Assembly: GCA_009103225.1 (NCBI GenBank)
Contig: RHPI01002112.1
Location: forward strand, 10,449 to 74,448
Direction of reading: 5' to 3'
Length of the DNA stretch: 64,000 nucleotides
Origin: Chlorokybus atmophyticus
Lineage: Eukaryota > Plantae > Mesostigma and Chlorokybus algae
Notes under the pieces: generated by a model
What the model saw: the letters and a program-made list of their open reading frames with translations, nothing else
Told to the model about the DNA's origin: nothing
Database searches by the model: none
Part shown: piece after piece, positions 36,345 to 49,155 of the stretch
Position numbering within the stretch: the stretch's first letter is position 1
Layout of the letters: every line of letters starts with the position of its first letter
Made by a program: the position numbers and the translations under genes

Positions 36345-37631
36345 ATGCAGCAGGATGAGGTGGTCTGGGGTGTGATTGGGCATGGGCAATGCAGTTTCCG
36401 GGTGAGGACGTCTCGTGCGCAGGGTGCGCAGGCGTTCTGCCGTGAGGAGCACAACGTGACGGGTCTGTGCAACAGGTCCAGCTGCCCTCTCGCCAACAGC
36501 AGGTATGCCACGGTGCAGGAAAGGGATGGAAGGCTTTACCTTCTCAAGAAGACGGCGGAAAGGGCCCACACACCCGCCCGCATGTGGGAGCGCCGCCGCC
36601 TGCCCAAGTCCTACGCCGCCGCCCTGGCCGAGCTCGACAGCCAGCTGGAGCACTGGCCCAAGTTCCTCGTCCACAAGGCCAAGCAGCGCCTAACCAAGAT
36701 CACACAGTATCTCATCCGCCTACGCCGCCTCGCCTCCCAGGCCAGGCCAAAGCTGGTCACGGAGCCCGTCAAGGCCAGGCAGAAGGAGGCACGCAGGGAG
36801 GAGAAGGCACGCGCCGCCGCCAAGCTAGATAGAGCCGTCGAGGCGGAGCTCCTCAGCCGCCTCCAGCAGGGCACCTACGGCGACATCTACAACTTCCCCC
36901 GCCTCCACTACGAGCGTGTGCTGGAGCAGCATGCCCAGCCTGACGCCATGGAGGAGGACGAGGAGGAGGAGCAAGACGAGGAAGAGGAGGAGCTAGAAGA
37001 GGAGGACGAGCAGGAGCTTGAGGATGAGGAGGAGGACGAGGAGGAGCCTGAGATTGAGTATGTCGAAGATTACGAACTTGATGAGGAGGCTGAGGAAGTG
37101 CTTGCGCAGTACGCACATGAAGAAGAAGACCTTGAAGATCTCGCTGGCCCTGCACCAGGTATAACTAACGTCTATCTCATTCGCTTTTTAAACAAATTCA
37201 CAGTTTTGTGAGGTGTCATGGGGTTCTGTTTTGCTCTTGTGACTGAACAACAAGAAGAACGCAATCAACGGAGTTCATTTTTTGTGCAATGCAGCGCAAT
37301 TGTATGAATGCAGCATTATTGCATGCATTGTGTGTGTTTTCATTCTTGCTGAATTATCTAGCAGAGCCAGAGACGTCAGCGTTCAAGAAAGCTTTGGGCA
37401 AGAGGCGGTCCTCAGCAGCAGCTGAAGGCGGAAGGGGCAGCAGCGGTGGTCCTGCCAGGCGCACACGCAGTCGCACTCGCGCCAACCTTGAGGTGTGGTT
37501 ATAAACATGCACATGTGTGGTGGCATGCATTCTTGCGCAAGTCAAGGTTCTTTTTGAGCATTGCACTCAACCATTTGTCCTTGTAGGTCGAATATGAAGA
37601 GGAGCGGGAGCCGTCAATGGCCGTCACATAA
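36345..37631 (+). CDS. MAK16: MAK16 60S ribosome biogenesis protein, 3 exons
   Basis: MQQDEVVWGVIGHGQCSF, FCREEHNVTGLCNRSSCPLANSRYATV, YLLKKTAERAHTP, KQRLTKITQYLIR, ELLSRLQQGTYGDIYN, an acidic tract and terminal VEYEEERE. Confidence 0.95.
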
Positions 37632-38480
37632 CACCAGAGGTTGCAGACTGTAGACTGTTTTTGTTTGTATATTGCTGCTAGTTGTGGGACCGTTTTCATG
37701 CACACACCGCTGTGGTTGAATCGAATTCGGCGCAGAGTTTGCACTGCAGGTTTTATCATGAACAGTTACATTATGCCCATTGAGCAGCAACCCCACATAC
37801 GGTCAGTGGCCATGCTGAAGCAATGCAACCGTCGAGTCCAGCAACACAGACTATGCTTGTGCAGTGTGCGCAACTCTTTTTTACTGACGAGTCCAGAGTT
37901 GAGTTGTGTTGCTTGGCACATGGTTGCTAACTCCACAACCATTGGCCTGCAGGCTGCTTGCCATTGCGCATAGGCGCGTACAAAACGCGCATACAACGCT
38001 GTTTAGCGTATGCATGTAATCAGCTGCTTAGACATGGACTACAGTGAACATCGTGCATCGCTTGCTCATGCCAAGCGTACACTTATTAGTGGATGTTGAC
38101 ACAGGGAGAAGCAGATACAAGCGAATGAATGCCTGAAGCGTTGATGTGTTCGCGTCGTGTGGACTGACTTTTTTATGGAATTACCAATACAGATAGCACT
38201 GTCAACACATCCAAAATAGACAAACTGCCGTACATACAAAGCGCCTGTAACATCATGCTGGTCCACCACAGTGTGCACAAGGTTGTGGCTTCTGGCCCTT
38301 CGGCCTACCCACCATAGCACTTGGTTACGGTTGGCCAATGACAGGATAGCAGTGTGCTCCCATTGTCTCAACAACAAGCCATCACAAACAGACTAGTCAC
38401 TGACCATATAACCATTGTTCACAATGCTCTGAGTAATGCCCTAAGAATTAACACGATTACAACTAAGGCAACAACAGTAA

Positions 38481-41133
38481 TCATAGACTGCTCAAGCAAG
38501 ACAGCCGTTCCTCCTTCCTCTTGTAGTACTCCTCCCACCTCATCTTGGAATACGACAAGTAATCAAAGTCAATAGGCGAATATCGCGCCTGCCACAGCAA
38601 AGCCACTTGATGTCAGGGCTTGGACAGAATTGAGATATAATTTAAGCTGTAGGGTAACATACACAGTAAGGACCATCGCTGCTTTGTCATGTAAGCACCA
38701 TGACAACACAGAGCTCATACAACCAGTACTGCTTGTTGGGTACCTGAACAATGGCCCATATCCCCCAGTACATGTGCGACGCAAGTGAATACACTTGTGT
38801 TTCAATGTAACAACCTTGCAGCTCTTTTTCCGTCGCCTGCGCAAGAATCAACCCACAAGCAAATCGGTTATTATTGTTAACTTCGGGGAGAGACAATCAT
38901 TCAAAACACCTCACGCATCTGCACTTACCGCCACACACACTTTGTGACACACAGTACCTGCGCTGGGTCGTCATGAAGATAATGCCGAAAGAAATGATAC
39001 TGCGCGTCTTTGCTGGGATACCTGCAGTGCAAGTGTGATTCTAGTTTTTTCTTACGGCAACACAGCACGACCAGAATAATGCGTATCTTTGAAGTCCTTT
39101 ACTTTGTGTAGTCGCAGTCAAAGCCTGCATACTCGTTGAAGTGGTTGCCGAGGTCAAACCCGCGGAAGTTATAGCAGCCGTACTCAAAGTCAATGATCTG
39201 CATTTCACCTGCATGCAGCTGACACATGAGTACAGGTAGGTTGATCTAACATGACAAAGCAGGGATAGAAGCAAGCCTTACCGGTGGAGGTGTTGTGCAT
39301 GAAGTTGCCCGCGAGCAAGTCATTGTGGCTGAACACCACCGGCGAGCTCACTGAGCTACACGCATCCTGAGTAAGATTGCATCGATGAAGCGACTTGCTA
39401 TCAAGCATGATGAGCAATAGCACGCACACACCTACACGCACGTGCAACGCGCACAAAAGGCTAGTGGCAACGAGGGCTCCAACCAAGCCTCTTTCTCACC
39501 CTTAGTGACGCGATTTCTGGCCCCATTCGCTCCAACCCCACGTTCTCATAGATCCGCTGCTTTCCCGCGTCCTCAAACTTGAGGTCACTCGCTGCGCAAA
39601 CGACCAACGTTACATAATGACGCCAGATGATATTTACACACACATTGACAAACACACGCATACAGTGTAGCAGCTCAAACCAACCTATTTTCAACCAGCC
39701 TTCAAGCAGGCGCCACAGCTGTGACTCCTTTTTCTCCCCTGGAATCTCCACCCGATGGAAGTCTCGCAACCGGCTCGCAATCAACGCCGCAAACTCCGGC
39801 TTGGCAATGTCTGTTGCAGACACCCATTATTGTATGTAAGTGCACGCACACACACATGTGCGCACAGACGCGCAGGTGTGAGCGTCTGTACGCATACGCG
39901 CATGTATACATAAGCATGCTCGCACACACGCGAACACAACCACACACGCCTGGTGTGTTCACCCCACAATCATACCCTCTGGTTCGAGCGTCCGTCCCTC
40001 TAGAAAGGACTCCACCCTGCCATTGTTAAACACACCGAGCAGCTTGGCGCCAAAACCAGCCTTCCCGAGCTCGCGCACTGCCTGCATACAACACGCAACA
40101 TGCATCGTGTTGATGTTTATGTGGTAGGGCGAGTTCACAACACGTGCACAACAGACGCACTGAACACTGGCATACCATCAGCTCCCTTTCTCTGTCTATG
40201 AGGACTTCGGTGTTTGCGCCAAATATGCGAACAGTCACAGCATCGTTCCTATTACTCAAAGTCGACTGCACCTTCAACACTGTACACAGGACAACACAGA
40301 CGCATACAACGATGTCAAACCATACAACAACAGCAGACACAAACTTGTCGGTCTTGTCCATAAGCACAAGCAAGCATGGTACAATGACTGCACCAGTAAC
40401 TTGCCTACTGTGTGGTGCAAGTTGCAAAGCATGCAACACCATGTAAACTTCAACGCGTGCAAACTCCAACACGTACACATGTTTGTGATGCCACCTCCGA
40501 CCTTGTCAATGCGCAGGTCACCATCGTCGTGCTGCCGCCATGGCTTAATAACATCCTTCACTAGACGCCTGCCACAAACAGCATTCAGTAGCATCATTGT
40601 GCTTGTTTATGAACATCCCACCCCCAAGCCATAATGAGTGCAGTTGTGCAGTGTTGGTAGGTAAGCTGGACAGGCATGCATTTGATGCTCTGAGTGAGTA
40701 CGTGTGCATGCCCTGCTAACTACCTGTTATATAGTACCTAGGTATGTCAGCTGTCAGCAGCAAGAGGGTTGGAGATAGGGACGAACGATCCTCCAGAGCA
40801 AAAAATCATAGCAATTATACTACCCATTGTAGTGATGGAGACATTGCATTGCATGACCCGACCAAGCAACAGTGTCATTGTAAGACAATTCAGCCACATA
40901 CGCGGTAACTCTACAGGACCCTCACAACAAAGCTGAATCACGTAACCGTGATGCCTGTGAACCCCAGCATGACGTCTTAGCTGCTCGACAAAGCTGCAAT
41001 TGACCTCAACATCGAGATCACAAGGAGCTTACTTGACGGCGGTGTGCAGGTCCGGGTCCTTCGCGTCCAGCTCCACTTCCACAATCGGCTCCTCCGCCAC
41101 CCCGCTCGCCACCGCTGCCTCAGCGAGAGACAT
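38481..41133 (-). CDS. Ethanolamine/choline kinase (closest in style to plant ethanolamine kinase), about 11-12 exons
   Basis: VGGGITN, VRIFGANTEVLIDRERE, KLLGVFNNGRVESFL, VFSHNDLLAGN, IIDFEYGCYNFRGFDLGNHFNEYAG, SHMYWGIWAIVQ and IDFDYLSYSKMR. Confidence 0.92.
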
Positions 41134-41576
41134 GCTGAACAATCCAACCACCGCTGCACACCCTGCCGCCCTTATCCTCCGCTCACACCAGCGGCGGCAG
41201 CCAACCTCACTTAGCACGCCACGTGGACAGATTGTAACAAGTTTTTTCGAAAGACGCAACTTTTTCATTCTTGATCCGGTTTGATAAAGCCTCCAAGCCT
41301 TACCATGATCACGTTCTCGGAATTCGCATCACGTAACAAACTAGAAAGCAGAAGAGGAAAATCATAATGGTTGTTTTAAAAACTGTCAAACCAATAGATC
41401 CAGTGTGCGTTTTGGCGGGAAGGCTGTGGCGGCGGCGGCGGCGGCGGCATTGCTGGTGGCGGCGGAGTTGGCGAGGGCCTGTGAGTGTGCGCATCGTGTC
41501 AACGGTTTCGACTGCAGTGACTTGGCTGGCAAGAGAGGCCTGAGGGCTGTTGGGGGCTGGGCTTGAGCGGCGACAG

Positions 41577-41585
41577 TTAGGGTTT
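41577..41585 (-). promoter_or_regulatory. Telo-box (TTAGGGTTT) just upstream of the API5 ATG
   Basis: Exact motif 20 bp before ATG 41605. Confidence 0.4.
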
Positions 41586-41604
41586 GGTTGCCTGGGGAGG
41601 GGTG

Positions 41605-44319
41605 ATGGCTGCTGCGGCTGCGGCCGCGGCGCCTGGCGCTGCTGCTGGGGCGCCTGCCAGCCATGATGACGTGGAGGCATTATACCAGGCCGGGGAGGCT
41701 TGCGCGTCTTCGGGGGCGGGGGGAGGGGCGGCCGCTGAGGCGGAGTACGTGAAGATACTTGCAGGGGCGGGTGGAAGCACTAGAGCGAAGCAGCTCGCCG
41801 CACAGCTCATACCGCGCTTCTTCGGCAACTTCCCCAACTTGCACGAAAGGGCTATGAATGCGCAGCTAGATCTCTGCGAGGAAGAGGAGGTGAGCAAGCT
41901 ATGGGACAGTCGCAGCAACTGGGATTGCAGCACGCACATTGCATGCAGGGGTGCCATTGCGAATGCATGTATGCGCAAATGCATGTCGAGTCCTACTGGT
42001 GCATCCGACTACATGGAGCAACACATTCCGCTATGCACTGCTGGAGAACTTAGCTATGGGCGTGAACCATGCTACTGTGCACGCATGCCACATCGTGTTC
42101 AAGCATGTGGCAGCTGATGATGTGGTGGTTCACGTACCATCACATTCGATCTACCCCCGTATGCATGGGCTAGTTCTTGTTGCTGCAGTGTTTTGCTTGC
42201 ACTGCTTAACTGTGTCACACAGCTGGTTAACTCCAAGTGCCAGCGTCTGTCATGTCACGTGCCTGTTCTCATCGTTTGGCATTTGCAGGTGGGCATTCGC
42301 ATACAAGCGATACGAGGACTGCCGTTGTTGTGTAAAAGCACCCCACAACAAGTACCAAAGGTCTGTCTCAAGTGTCCGTCTGTTTGAAAGTACTAGTAAC
42401 AGTGCCATGCAACAGTCTGCACCTGGAGTGTTTGTGAACAGACTTCCTTGCAGGTGGCGGATGTATTGGGTCAGCTTTTGTTGACAGAGGACTCGTTAGA
42501 GCTTGACAATGTTAAGAAAGCCCTGTTGTCGGTCATTCGCACCGACGCCAAGGCTGCCATAACCGCCTTGTTCAATCAGATTATTACAGGGGAGGAAGCC
42601 TTACGGGAAAAGGTAACAGGGCTTGTGCTGTTTAGATACTGTGTGATAGCCACTGAGGGTGAAGTGTTATGCGGTCGATGAGATGCATTGCCGGTGAGGA
42701 TGACATGTGCGCTTCTCTGGACAGGTGCTGAAGTATGTTCAGGTCAGCGTGTTGCCCATGCGGGTGGAACTCATCAAGCCACAAGCCGACATGGAGCGGT
42801 TTTTCACGGATCACATCAAGAAAGTGTTGGTTGACGTCACCGGTCAGGAGTTCAAGCTGCTGATGGACATGCTGAACTCCCTCGCCATGTTCGGCCCAAA
42901 GGTGCGGTCCAGCATGTGGAATAGTCGTCATGTGTGTAGCAGCAGTCTGCTCACAAAGTTCATGCAAACAGGCAAGCCAAGAGGCAGTGCAGGAGTTGTT
43001 CCAGATTGTTGCTGATCAGGCGGAGTTGTCTGGACCATTGACAGCTACAGACACAGACACGCTGGACCGGTTGCTCTCTTGCATGGAGATGGCTCTCCCG
43101 CTCTACCCACGCGGTGCGTCCCCTGCGCGATTCATGAAGCATTACAGCGACGTATTGCTGGCACAGCTGGATGCCCTACCAAGCGAACCAAAGAACTACA
43201 AGCAGGAGTTCTTGCGAAAGTTTGCACAGGTTGTCAAGCTGTGCTCTCTTCACAATTCTTGTAAGTATACATGGCTAGCAAAGAGCTTATCAATGACATT
43301 TTGATTTCTGTTCCGTGTAGATCACTCCTTTTGCTGTTGCAAGCGATGCGCGTCCTGCTCTCGCGCCGACACACGAGCTTGCAAAGACGTACATGCCGTC
43401 GAAGCCCGACCCGACGACCCCGGACCTTACGGAGCAGGCTTTGCTTGGTTGCGTGGAGTGTCTGTTGTACGCTTTCCATCAGCTGGCCGGTAAGCTCGGC
43501 AGCGCCACGAACGTGCTGTGCGGGTACAAGATTGTGACGGGTCAGCCGTCGGACCACCTCGGCGAGGACCTGAGCGCCCAGAACAAGGATTGGCTGGAGA
43601 GGCTGGCTGCCACGCAGAGGCGAGCGCAGGCTGCGACGAAGAAACTTACCGCGCAGATGGCCGAGCAGCACCGCGCAATGACGGCTACGGCCAAGGGCGC
43701 CGCCGCCAAGGACGACAAGGTTGACAAGGAGGAGGAGAAGGCCAGGCTGCAGGCTGATAAGGCTGCCACGAGCAAGGCTCTCCTTAAATGCAACAACATC
43801 ATCACGTTGGCCAAGGGCCTTGAGAACCCACGGCCCCAGTTTATCTCTGGGGACAGCAAGAAGGTGCAGCTGTCGTGGGTCACGCCACCCACGCCAACCG
43901 CGCCGACAACAACAACGGCGCCAGCCGGGAAAGCCGCAGAGCAGCAGAAGGCAGGGATGAAGAGGCCAGGTGCTGCCCCTGCCGGCAGCGGCCCGGCCAA
44001 CAATGCCAACAATGCTGCCAAGCGTGCCAAGTTTAACGGTCAGGCTGCTAGCGGCGGACAGAAGCCACAGCAGCAGCAACAGCAGAAAGCTCAGCAGCAG
44101 AAAGTATACCAGCAGAAACAACCACAGCAACAGCAGCAGCCGAAGCAGCAACAGCAACAGCAGCAGCAACAGCAACAGCAGCAGCAGCAGAGGCGGCAGG
44201 TGCGGAGGCGGCCAGGACAAGGACAACAAGGACAACAACAAGGAGGTCAGCAGCAAGGGCAGCAACAGCAGCAAGGACAGCAAGGGCAGCAGAGGCAGGG
44301 GTACCGAAGACGTTGGTGA
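41605..44319 (+). CDS. API5: Apoptosis inhibitor 5 (API5)-like protein with a Gln/Gly-rich C-terminal tail, 6 exons
   Basis: AKQLAAQLIPRFFGNFP, AMNAQLDLCEEEE|VGIRIQAIRGLPLLCK, VADVLGQLL, VLVDVTGQEF, VECLLYAFHQLA and CGYKIVTGQPSD. Confidence 0.92.
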
Positions 44320-45088
44320 TATGGGATAGAGTGACCTGTCACATGTAAAGTGGTATTGTGCTAGCACCTGCGCATTGCATGCCCCTTTTGTCGTGAGTGC
44401 CAAAGTTTTGCAGCCCAAGTGGCGCTAGTAATGCTGCTGGTGTGGCCTCTTTCGACAACGCAAGTGTTTGCTGCGCAAAACTTGTAGGTTACCTACAGCA
44501 ATATTGGTGGTATTCAACATCGGTGCTGTTACTAGGCACCTGCATATGCCAGGACCTTGGCAAGAGTGCACGAACTGTGACCATGTCAAGGGCTGAATCC
44601 CGCAGCTCTGACTAGTACAATGTACACGGGTCCAAAGCTGAATCAGTCCTTCATAGTACTCGTGTTTGCATTGTACAGCTGATTTTCATGCTACAAGTTT
44701 GCATGTGGTTGCGTCATGCGTGTGTGCTTGTGGTATGCATCAAATACATCACTCACTCAGTCTGCGAGGGGCAACACTGTGACTTGCAAATATATCCTCA
44801 CCTTCAAGAGACCAGCGCTGGTTTCTGGAGTTGAGCTGTTTGTTTTACCGTGCAATGGTGAGTCACATGCACAGCATTGCATACTATCTACAAAGTGTTG
44901 CTGGCTTGAAACAGCATTGCCATCTGCAAGCAGTCGGTGCACATGCCTGATGCCGTGCAGAGTGAACCCCAACCATTGAATCACACGTGCACACAGGCAC
45001 ACGCGGCAGCCCCAGCATGCACACGTTTTTGCAGCAAAGGACAGCCCAGTTGCAGTCTCTTACTATTGTTCACACTACTGCTCGTGTC

Positions 45089-48000
45089 TCACACCACAGT
45101 GACGTTGCCAACGTGCGCTATGGCGGGCGCCTCAGCGGCGGTGGTGGTGTTGCCACGGTCAGCTGCGGGATGGGGAATCACCACTGCTGGAGGGGCGGGC
45201 ATGCAGACTCGCTCCTCTGTCGCAGTGAAGGGGCTCACCTCGTTGTAACCCTGCACGTACGTGTGATAGGGTGCGTGCGTGTGCTGGAGTTGGTATGTGC
45301 GTACGCAAAGACACAACCTGTCTACACCTACCAGTGGGCAAGGCTTGGGTTCGTCTATGACTGTCCAGGACGGCCGCAGGAAGTCTCCTGGGCGGTACCC
45401 AGCACGCCCGTGCTTGATGTAGAACCACCGGTGCGCTATCACCATACCCTGCATCCACATGTCATGCATGTTGAGCATCAGCCTGTTCGATTGACATCAA
45501 CATTATGCGCGTGCACGCACGCACACACGCGCATATATACACACACCTGCACGGGTGATGCGCGTCTGGCGTAAGTCCCGACCTCGGGACTCCACCACTG
45601 CTCGAACAACCTGTGGCACTCCGCCATGAAGGCTCCCCACCAGGAGAACGTAGAGTTGGCAATCACGTGATGCTGGGCCTAAGGGGCACAAGGAGAACAT
45701 CAGCACAACACTCGAGCCACACTGGCATGTGTACACGCGTGTGTGCGCACATACAATTGAAAATGTGGTGGTCTATGCGTGCACACATATTCACATGTGC
45801 ACACGCACTGTGTACACATGTATAAGATGCTGTGCGTGTGCGTGTCCGTGTGTGTGTATGTGTGCTACCCGTTTGCTAAGCGTGTGTGCGTGCGTGCGTG
45901 TGTGCGTGTGTGCAACTCATACTTGGGCCATGAGATACAAGTCCATGTAGGGTTCGGAGCTGGCAGGGACGTAGTAGACGAACTTGAGGGCGCGGAAGAA
46001 CGCCTGACTCTTCACCCACTCCACGTCGTTGGAGTACACCATAAATACGAGCGTGTCCAACGAACCCACCTGAAGACCACACGCCCACATGGTAGGGTCA
46101 AGCACACGTGTACTTGAGCATTCACCACCATCATCATGATTTTCAACATTACTCTTGCCCTGTCTTGTAGTAGCAGTAGAGCGCGCTGGTAGTAGTCCTC
46201 GCCGAGCGTGATGAACACCTTTGAGCCGTCCGGGTCGCTCCAAGTCAGGTAGTCTCCCCGCCTCACCTAACAAAGAGAGGTTATTCACAAACCAACCTAC
46301 TATAGTGGTCATTGTGTTGAAGTAGTTGTGTCCAACTACAACTACTACTACACTACAGTTGCAAAGGCTAACTTCTTACGTGGACGGCCACGATGGGGTA
46401 CTCCCGTGGGAAGGCCGTCTCGGCGTACATGCGCTCCAACTTGCCCTCAACCATAGCCTGACCACAACAACAGCAACGGAAACTCACACTCAACAACAGC
46501 ACCACCAACAACAACAGCAACAGCAACAGCAACAACAGCAACAGCAAGAGCTAGAGCAGTGAGAACAACTGCTTGCCTGGTGTCTTGGGCGTAGCTGGAA
46601 TGCGTCGCAGACTTCCCGCTCGTGCTTGTGGAAGTACTTCCACGACTGCACGAACCCCGACACCTACATGCCAGCACAACACATGCTTCGTTCGCGCATG
46701 CGCGTGTGTGCGTGATGACACTATGGGCCACACTCGGTTCTCGTATACGACAGCGACAGTGCGAACCATCCCCTGCCTGTAGGTTTCTGTCGCGTGGCCT
46801 TGCGCGCGCGTTGGCCTCTCGCTCCCCCTGCCACCCCACCTCGTCCGCGCCCTCCAGCGTCTCCTCCCACGCAAGCGACGCCTGCCAACATGGACAGAGT
46901 GGGCAGTGGGTATCAGCTACTGTTAGTGGTTGCAGTGGTGTTGGCCATGAAACGGTACTGTCATGCATAGGGAGGGGGGGGGGTCTGTCCAAAGGATCAA
47001 CACACTGCGTGTTGCAACAGCGAGTGAACTAATGTGTGTGCGCGCGCGCGGGCGTGCGTGCAAGCATACCCACCTTCTTGAGGGCAGGCACGTCGTAGAG
47101 CGTCCACTTCCAGAACACCACGTTCTGCACATCCTTCCACCACTCCCTGTGCACCCGAAACAACCCACAAAACACCATCAACACCATCATCATCACACCA
47201 TCAACACTCCCACCATCACAACACCACACCACCAGCGTCAATGCGGCACATGAACATACCCGGGGAGTGCGGCGAGCAGTGGCAGCCGGTCGGTCTCCTT
47301 GGCGATCGCCAGCAGCCGCGCCGCCATGAAGAGCTTGTTGCCCAGGCCAAGGTCGTTGTACCACTCGTACTTCCTGCGTGTGATACGTGTGGTTAGTGTC
47401 GATGTGCGCGCGCGCGCATGCAAGTGCACGCGCGTGTGCGTGTGTACCATGTGGTGATGACGAGGGCCCGGGGGTCGCGCACAGCCGCATCGACGGCGTT
47501 CTCCAGCCCAAGCCTCGCGCTAGGGTGAATCTCTCTCAAGTACTGTCACACATCAGGGATAAGTCCAGTAGTTGCACCCATCCAATGCCCACAACCACAC
47601 AACAGAGAGTTTCTCTCGCTCACCGCGTTGACAGCGTGGCGCACGCACTCCTGACGACTCTCTTCTGAGGCGCCAGCTTGCAGCACCCGCCTCACCGACT
47701 AACACAACACAACACATCGTCATGGGCATGCACACATACACACGCACACGTGTACACACCCAGCATCAACACACAGCATTTTCACCCCACCCCACTCGCT
47801 TCAGTTGACGAGCACCACTGTCTCGCGTGCACGCACGCCTCCGCCGCACCTCCATCACCACCCTCATCATCATCAGGATAGTCGATGTCTCCACCATCGC
47901 CATTGATGTTGCCATGGTGGTTGGCGGCATGGTCAGCGGCCTGCAGCTGTCTCAGCAGCTCCTTCTCGTTGACGTCGCGGGCGGACGAGGTGGGGAGACC

Positions 48001-48464
48001 AGCGAGACGAGAGAGCTCAGAACGGCAGAGGGTCCAGGTTGTTGGTCTTGTTGTGGTTGTGGTTGGTGTGGTTGTGTTGGGGAGTGCGGTGGGGGTGGGG
48101 GTGGGTGACGTGGTGGTAGTGGTGGTGTTGAGTTTGAGGTTGGGGTTGGCGAGGTTGGTATGTGTGGTTGTGGTGACGAGATTGAGTTGGCGGCGGGATG
48201 CCTCTGTTGGGCGGTAGTTGTAGCCCTCCTCTCCTTGTTGTTGTCCTCCTCCTACTCCCTCTGCTACTCGGGACGGCCACAGACTGAATGACTCCGCTGC
48301 ATGGAGCATGAATTTGAGACATACAGGCACTTGACCACGCACGCACGCACGCATGCACGCACGCACGCATGCACACACATGCCTGTTGAGTTGGCGGTGA
48401 TGAGAAGGATGAGAAGCAGGAGCGACCCCAGCAAGAGCGACGACCAGGTCGCTGGCAACGCCAT
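45089..48464 (-). CDS. Glycosyltransferase family 11 (alpha-1,2-fucosyltransferase-like) type II membrane protein with a Thr-rich stem, multi-exon
   Basis: N-terminal TM, GLGNKLF, GFVQSWKYF, VAVH|VRRGDY, VYSNDVEWVK, DLYLMAQ and IANSTFSWWGA. Confidence 0.85.
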
Positions 48465-49066
48465 GGTGCTGAACGCCGAATGGAAGGACACACAACAAAC
48501 TCTACTGCATCGATGTGTGCGTACGTGGATATGTGTGTATGTGGATGTGTGGACGTGTGGCTAACTGTGTTTGCAACGTGAGTAGTAGTAGAGTGGCTTC
48601 CACTGCACTTGTGAGCTTGTGTACTGGCATGCATGCAAACAAACCAGGGCTGGCTTATGGGCTTTCTCTCTCTCCTCGTATGTGTCCTCGTTTTTGCTTC
48701 AGACTGACTTAGAGAGGATGTCACTGTTAGTGCTCTGTGTCATTGTTTGTTTGTGTGCTTGTCTGGGTATGGGTGGGGACACATCGGGCGCATCAAACAG
48801 TGCGCACACTCTCGTAACTATACGCGTCGACCCCAGTGTCTTAAAAAACTCCAACTGACTAGTGCTGACATGTTGTGCAGCCTGTCACATCAACAGGCTG
48901 CACAGTAGAAGTTGTGGCTGCTCCCAGCCACTTCACGTGTTCGAGTCCTCGTTGTGAACTTCTGATGCAGCCACTCCTTGGTGGTGCCACAACAGTATAC
49001 TATCGTGCGCGAACAAGACTGAATGCACGCGAGCTCGCACACACGCACACGCGCATGCAAACACGC

Positions 49067-49068
<2 letters not shown>

Positions 49069-49154
<86 letters not shown>
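49069..49154. repeat. (AG)n microsatellite, about 43 units, next to an N at 49161
   Basis: Read directly. Confidence 0.95.

Positions 49155-49155
<1 letters not shown>

Noticed and set aside
43234-44418. 394-aa Leu-rich antisense ORF
   Set aside because: It is the reverse complement of the CAG/CAA-rich API5 tail.
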